DNA of 46,302 bases, taken from positions 1-46,302 of the IMG/VR virus record IMGVR_UViG_3300005056_000005. One strand, 5' to 3'. Within the stretch, counting starts at the first letter, position 1. Every line of letters starts with the position of its first letter. Below the pieces are notes generated by a model that worked only from the letters and a program-made list of their open reading frames with translations, was not told the origin of the DNA and ran no database searches. The position numbers and the translations under genes were made by a program. The DNA comes from a virus. This document shows, in pieces, positions 1 through 8,229 of the stretch.

Positions 1-99
1 CCAATTCCATCAGGAATTAAATCAATTATCGTCCCCGTCCCTACTGTTCCCGACGCCACCGCCGCGCCTATCCTGGGGTCGGCCATCAATTCTTTGACG
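1..99. repeat. 99-bp terminal direct overlap, identical to 46204..46302 (closed-circle or terminal-redundancy signature)
   Basis: Base-by-base comparison of the first and last 99 nt shows identity (ccaattccatcaggaatta...caattctttgacg). Confidence 0.95.
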
Positions 100-104
100 C
101 TCAT
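1..104 (-). CDS. 5' part of the junction-spanning holin-like gene (continues at 46203..46026; full product 93 aa, MSVKELMADPRIG...)
   Basis: ATG at 104..102 overlaps the TGA (103..101) of the upstream ORF as ATGA. The frame runs off position 1 and continues in the duplicated end. Confidence 0.5.
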   Translation of the reverse strand, partial: MSVKELMADPRIGAAVASGTVGTGTIIDLIPDGI

Positions 105-571
105 GTCTTGCCACCACTCTCGCCAGAACCGTCAATCCTTGCAAAAATATTGAGGCGAAAACAAGACCGCCAGCCAGCCATTGCAAATCCTCCCACATCT
201 CCCTTATCCCTTTTTATTAGCACTGCAAAAGCAACTATGTATATAAAAACATAGGCATAATTATATGCTATAGGGGGTAGGTATGTTAACCACATCACCC
301 AACCTAAAAAATTTGTGACAATGGAGGCAATGCAGATACGCTGTAAGTTAATGACCATTGCGGGGGTAGGAGATATGCCACTCATTGCGATCATTATTCC
401 TAAATCGACTAAAGCGGCACTTCCGTAGTATTCAAGGCCCTCTAAATGTGATAGCGAAAACTCATGCGTAAGAGTCAAGCCCGCAAATACCGCCGCAGCA
501 AATAAGCGCGGGGCATTGGGCTGAATCAAACAAGATGCCGCTATCATCATTAAGAGAACTGAGGTTATCAT
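101..571 (-). CDS. polytopic membrane protein (156 aa) in the lysis-gene neighbourhood, function unknown
   Basis: Long ORF with 4-5 hydrophobic segments (LLMMIAASCLI, LFAAAVFAGLTL, LVDLGIMIAMSGI, IASIVTNFLGWVMWL, YVFIYIVAFAVLI). Its stop overlaps the next start. Confidence 0.7.
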   Translation of the reverse strand: MITSVLLMMIAASCLIQPNAPRLFAAAVFAGLTLTHEFSLSHLEGLEYYGSAALVDLGIMIAMSGISPTPAMVINLQRICIASIVTNFLGWVMWLTYLPPIAYNYAYVFIYIVAFAVLIKRDKGDVGGFAMAGWRSCFRLNIFARIDGSGESGGKT

Positions 572-692
572 TTAGGGGTTTTTTTAACTCGCTGCTTCCC
601 TCGACCGCCTGCCGATGTTTTAGGCGCTGTGGTTTTTTTAGGGCTGGTGGTTCTCGGTCGTTGTGTTCCTCTACCGCCGGCATTAGCTTTAA

Positions 693-1130
693 TCATTGTT
701 CCCCCGTTACGTTCACATTAATATTAAGATTGATGTTGATATCGTTAATCTGTTTCACTGTCAGCCCACCCGGCGCAGCGGGTGAAGGAACGACATACGG
801 CACCTCCACCGGCTCACTACAAGCTGATGTTTCTAATAGTAATTTATCCACGGTTTTAGCGCAAACCATAATAATTCCTTCAGCCTCATCAACCGGCGAC
901 ATAACAGAGCCTTCAACCCCTGCGCCATCGTATAGAACAGGCGGCAATAACGGGATTAAAACATCGCCATCGACTTTATAAATATTGAATTGTTTGATAT
1001 CGTCGGGGTCTAATTTCGCGCCTCCCTGGCGAATTTCAGGCGGATCTAATTTAACGTTTAATTCCACTTCAGGCTGGGCAATTACAGCGCTGGCAAACAC
1101 GAGCGCAACGAGCGTTACTATCCTAATCAT
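693..1130 (-). CDS. secreted or membrane-anchored protein (145 aa), unknown function
   Basis: N-terminal signal-like MIRIVTLVALVFASAVIAQP, a Pro-rich beta-type body, and a C-terminal INDININLNINVNV. The start overlaps the upstream stop (ATGA). Confidence 0.75.
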   Translation of the reverse strand: MIRIVTLVALVFASAVIAQPEVELNVKLDPPEIRQGGAKLDPDDIKQFNIYKVDGDVLIPLLPPVLYDGAGVEGSVMSPVDEAEGIIMVCAKTVDKLLLETSACSEPVEVPYVVPSPAAPGGLTVKQINDININLNINVNVTGEQ

Positions 1131-1213
1131 ATTAAAATTCCATCATTTATAACGATCAAAAACATAAAAGCGGCGGCGCACAACGTCACCAATATAGCCA
1201 ATCTATTAATCAC
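1127..1213 (-). CDS. possible 28-aa single-TM peptide (GTG start) between the endolysin and the secreted protein
   Basis: My own translation gives VINRLAILVTLCAAAFMFLIVINDGILI. The GTG overlaps the endolysin TGA and the stop overlaps the next ATG. It is below the ORF-track cutoff. Confidence 0.3.
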   Translation of the reverse strand: MINRLAILVTLCAAAFMFLIVINDGILI

Positions 1214-1746
1214 ATCTCTACTCGGTTCTTAATCCATCCGTACAAGAATTTTTCGTCCTTCTCGCGTTGTTCTGCCAATTCAACATAAAAAGCCCCCTGA
1301 AGCGAATTAAGGACGGTCACAAGCACCATTTCATCCCTGCACCCCATGTAGCAGCGTAACGCAGAGAGGGTTTTTGGACCTATCGCTCCATCGACCTTAA
1401 TGTCAGCGTATAATTTACCGCCGCAATTGAGCGCTGTTAAAGCTCGCTGCAGGAATGTCACGGCCCTAGAAGCACCGACATTAACGGACGTGTCAAATAG
1501 TTCAGCAGCAACCATGGGCGCTATCTCGGCTACCGTGTCGCCTTTGATCGGGTGCCAATACATGTCCGAATAAATATCGACCGCAATTGATTTGGGCATG
1601 GCCCCCATCAATCCTTTGTAGCCGTACTCTTTAGCCGTGGTCGCTGTAATGCCGTAGTTAGTTTCTCCACCACTGTCGCTGGGGTCGTTAATGTAACCGC
1701 CCTCGATCGCTATCACTTCCTGAATTAATTCGTCTTTTAGAGTCAT
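1210..1746 (-). CDS. endolysin: GH108-type lysozyme N-terminal domain plus PG_binding_3-like C-terminal domain
   Basis: Motif IEGGYINDPSDSGGETNYGIT near the N-terminus matches the GH108 signature EGGYxNDPxDxGGxTxxGIT. It lies directly after the fibre gene. Confidence 0.85.
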   Translation of the reverse strand: MTLKDELIQEVIAIEGGYINDPSDSGGETNYGITATTAKEYGYKGLMGAMPKSIAVDIYSDMYWHPIKGDTVAEIAPMVAAELFDTSVNVGASRAVTFLQRALTALNCGGKLYADIKVDGAIGPKTLSALRCYMGCRDEMVLVTVLNSLQGAFYVELAEQREKDEKFLYGWIKNRVEM

Positions 1747-3006
1747 CTACTTATCACCGAGTAGGATGAACTCAACAAATGATCCTCGCTCTAGTGTAGT
1801 ATCCGACGCGCCGGAAGTATTCTGTGCCCACTGTAAGTCAACAGTTGCACCGCTTGCCCCTGTAGCAAACGATCCCCTAAATAGCGTCGGCGAAATAATG
1901 GGACCGGCCTGCCCCACATATGTTTTTACCATGTCTCCAATACCTGTAAATAAATCTGGTGGGTTAGTAAACCCATCATAATCCAGAATATCAGAACTTC
2001 CATAAGACGGGGCTGAACTGAATTGTAGCGCGAATTTAATATCTTTATCCGAAGCCCCTGATGAAACCAGTAAGTAGGCGTTGAGAACGTAAACACTATC
2101 CGCTAATAATACAAAACCGGCTAATTCTGGGTCATCCGCTAACGTCGCCGTGGACACTCTAACGGTAGATACTTTTTTATACTTTTTTATTGATTGGTCA
2201 CTTACAGTCAATACACGTTCAAAACCGACACCTGTCAAAGTGTTGTTAGCCTGAAAACCACCAGATGAAGCTGGAAATGCCCTAGCGACATCGGCCCCCT
2301 TGGAATGCAAAACAACGCCATCGTTGACATCAGGGTTGCAAACAATAAACGGTACGGTAGTCCCTGCTAAATTCTCACCCCCTAACTCTAAATCACCCCC
2401 ATGAACTCTATTTTTTAAAGATATAGTGTCAGTAGCTCCGTCGAACCCAACCACACCCCTATTAAGACCATTCCGCTTATCAAAATTTAGCGTTCTATTT
2501 TCGAAGTCAGAATCTCCAACTGATCTAACCGAAGCTAGTCCGCCCGTCATTGTTTCTGGGCCAAGAATAAGCTCAAACCAGTCATTGCCGCTATCAAATT
2601 TAAGACTTGTTCGCCCTGAAATGTCATTAAGTAGCGGGTTGATCCCAGATTCTAGCTTAATATTTTTAACGCCTTTACCGTCAACATTGACGGTTGACGG
2701 GGCAGTGTTAGGGTTGGCAGCTATAAACTCTACCTCCATCCCGTCAGTATATGCTGGAGGCGTTTGTTTTCCGCCTATGGGGGTCAATACATAAGCATTG
2801 GCTAAGCCGCTGTCCGTGTAAAATGATCCATTAGCAGCATACCCCGCCAGCGCTTTGCCTAGCTGATTTAAATCACCATTTGATAATGTCATGCCTAACG
2901 CTGTGATTATATTTTGCAGCTCACTGGGAACCTGATTCCATTCGACTGCGGGGAGAACGTTTTCAGGGCTTCCTGATCCATCGATTTTATCGTTTAGTAG
3001 TTGCAT
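1747..3006 (-). CDS. tail fibre / receptor-binding protein
   Basis: N-terminal FYTDSGLANAYVLTPIGGKQTPPAYTDGMEVEFIAANPNTAPSTVNVDGKGVKNIK matches the common fibre N-domain pattern. It is the last gene of the baseplate module. Confidence 0.75.
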   Translation of the reverse strand: MQLLNDKIDGSGSPENVLPAVEWNQVPSELQNIITALGMTLSNGDLNQLGKALAGYAANGSFYTDSGLANAYVLTPIGGKQTPPAYTDGMEVEFIAANPNTAPSTVNVDGKGVKNIKLESGINPLLNDISGRTSLKFDSGNDWFELILGPETMTGGLASVRSVGDSDFENRTLNFDKRNGLNRGVVGFDGATDTISLKNRVHGGDLELGGENLAGTTVPFIVCNPDVNDGVVLHSKGADVARAFPASSGGFQANNTLTGVGFERVLTVSDQSIKKYKKVSTVRVSTATLADDPELAGFVLLADSVYVLNAYLLVSSGASDKDIKFALQFSSAPSYGSSDILDYDGFTNPPDLFTGIGDMVKTYVGQAGPIISPTLFRGSFATGASGATVDLQWAQNTSGASDTTLERGSFVEFILLGDK

Positions 3007-3017
3007 TAACTCACCTT

Positions 3018-3548
3018 TTAAACTTGTACTATTACCAACTCGCAGTTAGCAGGGATTAGGTTTTCAAAAAGCCCACGTAATAATTCTATCTCGGGACTCC
3101 CGAAATTTATCTCAAATTCTAGCGGGAAAGTTTCGGCAATGGGAATAGTAACCCCAACAGTGATTGTGTAGGTACTCCCTGTAACAGTAACCGGAATGCC
3201 AAAAATAGCCGCCAAATCTATAAAGTCTTGCGACGTTTGCACGCCTGAGGAAGCAAGTCTAACGAGGATATCACGCCGCCGGTCTTCGTTCGTATCGCCC
3301 GAACCAGGCGACAACCCTAGCGCCGATTCCCATTCACCTAAAAATTTGTTTGTGGTATCGGGTAAGATTTCTTCGCTGTACTCGATTAACAATCCGTTAC
3401 TGCGGAACAACTCACCCGCAAAACCCCTAAGCAACTTTCTAAAATTGCTATCTTGAAACGACTTAATAGCGAACAATATTCCACCTGGCAAATACGCCGC
3501 CAGACTGTCTGTGTATTTCTCAAGGTCTCTTTTCTTAAAAAGAATCAT
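3018..3548 (-). CDS. baseplate/tail protein, DUF2313 (Mu gp48 / P2 gpI-like)
   Basis: The N-terminus YLPGGILFAIKSFQDSNFRKLLRGFAGEL...EWESALGL is typical of DUF2313. It follows the baseplate-J gene, and the start overlaps the upstream stop. Confidence 0.8.
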   Translation of the reverse strand: MILFKKRDLEKYTDSLAAYLPGGILFAIKSFQDSNFRKLLRGFAGELFRSNGLLIEYSEEILPDTTNKFLGEWESALGLSPGSGDTNEDRRRDILVRLASSGVQTSQDFIDLAAIFGIPVTVTGSTYTITVGVTIPIAETFPLEFEINFGSPEIELLRGLFENLIPANCELVIVQV

Positions 3549-4855
3549 GGGTAAATAAGCGCTCCAAGTAAGCCTATTTCGCCCGCTGCGATCACCACAT
3601 CACCCGAAGGAACGGACAGCGTAAACGAGTTCACAAGGTCGCCGGTTTCAGTATCCACTGTGGTCTGTATTGCGGCGCGATAGGCGTCCTCCTCGATATT
3701 TACCCCAACCTCTGTACGTTCGGAAAAAAACTGGCCAAGGCTGGCCGTTATTGAGCTTTGCATTGTTGCTGTATTGGGGCTTAAAGCGGTAAAAGTAAAA
3801 TCGACATCGACCCCCGTGGGCGATTCAACAATAACTTGTGCGTTGCTTGTGTTGGCTGGTTTAATCTCTAGGATTTTATTTTTTGTGGTAGTTACTTCAC
3901 TTCCCGACGGAATTGGATTAGCGTCATTGTCCCGCATGAAATGAATAGTAACGCTTCCATTTGAGGGCGTAACCTCCTGAACAAAAACTCGGGTTACCCC
4001 CGGCACTTCTTTAGCTTTTTCGATAATATCAGCCGCGTTAAAATGGGCCACTGGGTTTTGGATTCGATCCAGCATTCTATCACGCAGAGAGTCGTCTGAC
4101 TCGTCATCAGTACCGCCACCAACGGCATCAAAATCCACTGTCATAGTATCGTCAACCCCGGATATGGGGCTTTGTAGCGTTAACTGTGTGCCAGCATCTA
4201 AATTGAAATCTTGCCCGAAATCGACCGATTGAATAGAGGTCGATGAAGTGGTGAATTGAGCAAAAGCCGACGTTCCCAACTCGTCCGGTGGCGTTCCTAC
4301 TATTTGGTATTCAAAAGTGGTCGCTGATACCACTGTTATTGGCCCGGTGACGTTGTATTCTGTGTTACTCGCATTAACTACCGCAACCTCTACACCGCTG
4401 GCGAGTTTGTGTTCTGTTGGAAATAATGCGGTAGCGGTTGATCCCGACCGCGTTAAATCTAAAACCGATAGATTTTGAGCGCTGATAGTTGACAGCCCAA
4501 CGGTGGTGAAATCACCCACACCCGCTACGGTTAAAGCTGTAGACGGCGATATAAACGTGCCAGCCGTGCCGGTCGCCACCACCTTGCCCGTTGATTGCGT
4601 TGCCGCCTGAGGTTGTTTACCCCAGATTGCAGCCCATCGGATTAAAAAATCGCCCGTGGCTGTATCGGGGAAATTCTCCCTAATTGCGATATTAAGCTGG
4701 ATGTAAAAATCAAAAATCCGATTGCTGTAAGCAGTGACGAGGGCGCCCAGCCAACTATTTTTCAAAAACGGATTGGATTGGTTTAACTCGCGCTGAACGT
4801 CGGCCTTGGCTCTGTCGTCAACCTCGGCGGCGGTTTCTGGAATATTTAAAGACAT
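3545..4855 (-). CDS. baseplate J-like protein (Mu gp47-like) with an inserted beta domain
   Basis: Size and position are right, and the N-terminal ADVQRELNQSNPFLKNSWLGALVTAYS...FLIRWAAIWG resembles Baseplate_J. The insert is TEHKLASGVEVAVVNASNTEYNVTGPITVVSATTFEYQI. Confidence 0.8.
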   Translation of the reverse strand: MSLNIPETAAEVDDRAKADVQRELNQSNPFLKNSWLGALVTAYSNRIFDFYIQLNIAIRENFPDTATGDFLIRWAAIWGKQPQAATQSTGKVVATGTAGTFISPSTALTVAGVGDFTTVGLSTISAQNLSVLDLTRSGSTATALFPTEHKLASGVEVAVVNASNTEYNVTGPITVVSATTFEYQIVGTPPDELGTSAFAQFTTSSTSIQSVDFGQDFNLDAGTQLTLQSPISGVDDTMTVDFDAVGGGTDDESDDSLRDRMLDRIQNPVAHFNAADIIEKAKEVPGVTRVFVQEVTPSNGSVTIHFMRDNDANPIPSGSEVTTTKNKILEIKPANTSNAQVIVESPTGVDVDFTFTALSPNTATMQSSITASLGQFFSERTEVGVNIEEDAYRAAIQTTVDTETGDLVNSFTLSVPSGDVVIAAGEIGLLGALIYP

Positions 4856-4867
4856 TGTAAAGCCCCA

Positions 4868-5317
4868 TTAAGTGCCACGGCCTGTATTCTCCCAAAGCAA
4901 GAAAAATTTACGATCTACTTTGTCTAGTGATCTGCGAATAGTGATATCAAGTGTAACATTACCGTTTTTAAGCCCCGCAATCACTTGATCTATTGACACT
5001 GCCAACCCGTCGTCCACGAGGTATTGAAGCGCCTTCCTTGCCTCATCTTCGATCCGATTTAGCGTATCTCGTATGAGTCTAGATTGAGACAGTATCCACA
5101 ATTTAGAACCGTTTTCAAAGTCGTCTCTATTGCCGATCCACCCACGGCGAAATTCAGGGCTAGACACTTCTTCCGGCCCCGCTCGTTTTTCGCCAAATAA
5201 CGCGTATAGAATGGAGGTATCGAAAAAATCATCATTGGCAATATCCCCGTTAACATCTATGCTGATGTCATAGAGGCCGCTAGTAGGGTCAATTGTTAGT
5301 ATTGCGTCTGTTGTCAC
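4868..5317 (-). CDS. baseplate protein, Mu gp46 family
   Basis: DDFFDTSILYALFGEKRA...RGWIGN...GSKLWILSQSR...ALQYLVDDGLA matches the GP46 pattern. Gene order matches Mu. Confidence 0.75.
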   Translation of the reverse strand: MTTDAILTIDPTSGLYDISIDVNGDIANDDFFDTSILYALFGEKRAGPEEVSSPEFRRGWIGNRDDFENGSKLWILSQSRLIRDTLNRIEDEARKALQYLVDDGLAVSIDQVIAGLKNGNVTLDITIRRSLDKVDRKFFLLWENTGRGT

Positions 5318-5892
5318 ACCGGCACTCCCGTTGGCGACTCAGGACCGTCTGGAGCCGTAGCCGATCCCGCGTGGGTATGAGTGTTGGAGATATCAACGCC
5401 ACTGCTAGTCACTGTCGCACCTAATGCCGTGGCACCTGTCACCGTTAAATTACCGTCCACCTGGACAGCGCCGGTCAATGTTGTTGTTGGCGTGTCTAGG
5501 GTAACGCTACCCGAAGCGGTGATGGTGGCGGTAGCACAATTGATAGTAACGTTGCCCCCACTCCCCTCACCGACCTGAATATCTAAATCCCCGGCCTCGG
5601 TCCATTTAATAAATGAGCCTGTAGGGGGATGATAAAAAGCTACTTCGCCTTCTGCTAATTCTGGTCGCTGCTTTGGATCGAACCCAAGTATTGCCCGATT
5701 GTCTGGTTCGCCGTTAACCGCAAACATTAACGCCAGCGAATCAACCGGTAAATTAGCGTGAATGCCGTAAGGCATGACCAAAACCGCATCACCAACTTTT
5801 CCAGAATACGTGACTTGCTGGACTGCGAATTGCTGCGCCTCAGTCGGTGCCGCTTTGGTCACTCGCGCCCATTTTAGCAATTTATGCAACAT
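5314..5892 (-). CDS. baseplate spike / assembly protein V (Mu gp45-like)
   Basis: VMPYGIHANLPVDSLALMFAVNGEPDNRAILG...GEVAFYHP matches the Gp45/gpV N-domain. The C-terminus is a Gly/Thr-rich beta-helix-like stretch. Confidence 0.75.
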   Translation of the reverse strand: MLHKLLKWARVTKAAPTEAQQFAVQQVTYSGKVGDAVLVMPYGIHANLPVDSLALMFAVNGEPDNRAILGFDPKQRPELAEGEVAFYHPPTGSFIKWTEAGDLDIQVGEGSGGNVTINCATATITASGSVTLDTPTTTLTGAVQVDGNLTVTGATALGATVTSSGVDISNTHTHAGSATAPDGPESPTGVPV

Positions 5893-6997
5893 TTTCGGCT
5901 ACCTTGACTTCTGGTTCTGGATCCAGGTCTAAAGTGTAAGCTTTTTGACCAACGAAACCCAACGAAGTAGAGCGCCCGCCGTCAAGATCCAGCGTGAACG
6001 TTACCGAATTACACAACATAGGTTCTATTTTTCCGATAAAATCGTCAACTATTTGATAGATTTTATTCACCTCCCATAAGTCGCCTGTATCACCACCTAC
6101 TCTAAATAATGGCACCCTTGCAAAGTATGCCAAGCCTCGCGCTTTTCTTACGTCCGCCTCCCAAAATGCCCTTTTTAAACATTCTGCATCGGATAGTGGG
6201 ATCCTCGATTCCAGGGTAAGCCGTCGGCCAGACCTGATACCAGAATCAAAGACCCCGCCACCCTGATCAACCACAGAGGCAAGGTCGGTCTCTCCGGCAT
6301 TATTCAGGGCGACAGGGTTCAGGCCGGAACTGATTTTATAGCTGTTGTAGCGTCCGGTAATGTCGTAACTAAAATTACATTCTAAAACGTTGTTATCTTC
6401 AGCGTCGATTATATGTTGTACGACCCCATCAGCAGGGTTACCAGAATTAGACGCTATCACTAAATTGCCATCGGCATTGGAGGTTAAAAGTACTTGTCTT
6501 TTTTCGGCATATTTACTAATAAAACTAAAAGCATTATCCCCCGGTTCAGGGGCCGCAATGTCTTCTGCCCCGTTAAATAAAGGCGGGCCAACTTCATCAA
6601 TGACGGTTATGTCTATGCCAAGGTGATTTATTACTATCTCAATTAGAGATTTTAAAGACAGCCCCTCTCCCCTTACATCGTCTAGCCCACCCTCGCCGGT
6701 ATCTTTGCTTTTTACGTCGATAGTACTATCCAGTACATCGGCGGTTTTATCGCGTCCGCTAATGCTTACGGAGTGGCTTTCACCATCATAATCCACTTCT
6801 ATTACTTCGATAAAACCAGTTAAAACGGTTTCACCATCAACAATAACCTTGCAGGCTTCACCACCCTTGAACGGCAACGCTTGCCCGCCTGTCATGACAG
6901 TTTCAAAATTAAAAGAATTGCTCAAAGCGTCCAGATGGATTTCGCAATTGCCAGACACGAAATCCGTGTATTGAACACCGTTTACTTCTAACATCAT
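5882..6997 (-). CDS. baseplate hub protein (Mu gp44 / gpD-like)
   Basis: A 371-aa ORF between the DNA-circulation-like gene and the gp45-like gene, in the same order as Mu gp43-gp44-gp45. Confidence 0.65.
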   Translation of the reverse strand: MMLEVNGVQYTDFVSGNCEIHLDALSNSFNFETVMTGGQALPFKGGEACKVIVDGETVLTGFIEVIEVDYDGESHSVSISGRDKTADVLDSTIDVKSKDTGEGGLDDVRGEGLSLKSLIEIVINHLGIDITVIDEVGPPLFNGAEDIAAPEPGDNAFSFISKYAEKRQVLLTSNADGNLVIASNSGNPADGVVQHIIDAEDNNVLECNFSYDITGRYNSYKISSGLNPVALNNAGETDLASVVDQGGGVFDSGIRSGRRLTLESRIPLSDAECLKRAFWEADVRKARGLAYFARVPLFRVGGDTGDLWEVNKIYQIVDDFIGKIEPMLCNSVTFTLDLDGGRSTSLGFVGQKAYTLDLDPEPEVKVAENVA

Positions 6998-8229
6998 GCG
7001 GTTAATACCTCAACAGTTCCCTCTACGAATGACACGTCAGTAAAGCCATTCAGGTCCACCAGGGCTTGCCCCTCTTCGTCATTGCCATAATATGTGTATC
7101 CAAGTAATCGGGCCGTGGTGGGGTTTGTGTGAACGCTTACGATCTGACTAGTATTGACTCGAATGTCATCCAGCGCCCCCAATACTTTTACACGCATTTC
7201 TGTTATCGAATCGATTACATCTTGAGAAGCGCCAACGGTGGGCTGGCTGTCAGAAGCCGCGTTCACTGCAAGTCCGGTCAACACTAATTCGTATTGGGCG
7301 TCTAGCTCGGCGGTTACCTCATCAATCTCGCGGACAGTTTCAAAATCAATATTGGTAACGGCTAAAAAAGCGTAACCAAGGGCCGACGCGGCCACCGCCC
7401 CATTGAGAACTTCTTTGTTTGTTTGTCGTTCTATTCGGCCCACCGTGTCCTGTTTTATTTCTAGATCGCCATCACCAAATCCGAAGAAACCTAAGAACGT
7501 GTCAAACGTAGCGCTTGCAGAAGCATAGAGACCATTAACGCTTTCAAATAATCCTGTGAACGCATCGGCCAACGCAAGCGGGTCAGATACTAAGCTATTA
7601 ACGTCTGCCGAAAGCTGACCTAACTCGGCGCTAAATTCGTTTAATGTCTGCGCCGCTTCACCAATAAACGCTGTGGACTCTCTAGCCGTTTCAATAACAG
7701 CCTCAACTTTATCAACAGCGGCCTGGAAATTACCAACGAACTCATTGCTAACTTTGTAATTTTCGACAATATCCGCATTAACTGCCGATTGAACAGCGCT
7801 ATTAGCCGTGGCTATTTGAGGCCCTACGTTATCAGTTCCTTGAGGAATGCCGGTGCTGTTATCAACCTCAAAATTGACACTAACAATCGTGTCGCCAAAC
7901 GAGTTAAAGTTTTCACTTATCGTGTAATTGATCGCAATGACATTATCGACACGACCATAAAGCGGGTGAATTAACTCGCCTGGTCCCTGCTGTTCAAGGA
8001 CTGCTAAAAGTGTGTCACGGTAGCTAAAGTATTCGGCGTCTGTGGTATCCCTAACAATGATTTCAAGTGAATATTTGCGAGGCTGTAACCCTAAATCCTC
8101 AACTGACTGGGTGTCTCGATTAGGAAACTGCTTAACAACGGACTTACGCCCACCCGCGACACTGCCAGAACGCATGGCGATGGGTATGGTTTTATAAAAC
8201 CCGTTTAGTATTTTTCCCTCGTCAGCCAT
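6994..8229 (-). CDS. DNA circulation protein-like tail protein (Mu gp43-like)
   Basis: N-terminus ILNGFYKTIPIAMRSGSVAGGRKSVVKQFPNRDTQSVEDLGLQPRKYSLEIIV matches the DNA_circ_N pattern. It lies directly after the tape measure gene. Confidence 0.75.
   Translation of the reverse strand: MADEGKILNGFYKTIPIAMRSGSVAGGRKSVVKQFPNRDTQSVEDLGLQPRKYSLEIIVRDTTDAEYFSYRDTLLAVLEQQGPGELIHPLYGRVDNVIAINYTISENFNSFGDTIVSVNFEVDNSTGIPQGTDNVGPQIATANSAVQSAVNADIVENYKVSNEFVGNFQAAVDKVEAVIETARESTAFIGEAAQTLNEFSAELGQLSADVNSLVSDPLALADAFTGLFESVNGLYASASATFDTFLGFFGFGDGDLEIKQDTVGRIERQTNKEVLNGAVAASALGYAFLAVTNIDFETVREIDEVTAELDAQYELVLTGLAVNAASDSQPTVGASQDVIDSITEMRVKVLGALDDIRVNTSQIVSVHTNPTTARLLGYTYYGNDEEGQALVDLNGFTDVSFVEGTVEVLTA

Noticed and set aside
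462-683. A 73-aa minus-strand ORF starting 9 nt after the upstream stop and overlapping the 156-aa membrane-protein gene by 110 nt in another frame.
   Set aside because: The tight spacing hints that it could be real, at least its charged N-terminal ~37 codons. However, it has no clear SD, its C-terminal half is an odd Cys/Gly string in the alternative frame of a membrane gene, and no frameshift signal links the two ORFs. It is left unannotated pending expression data.
5059-5256. A 65-aa same-strand ORF in an alternative frame inside the gp46-like gene (similarly 11315..11542, 15457..15639, 21067..21285 and 28896..29078).
   Set aside because: They are embedded in alternative frames of well-supported genes, with no independent start signals.
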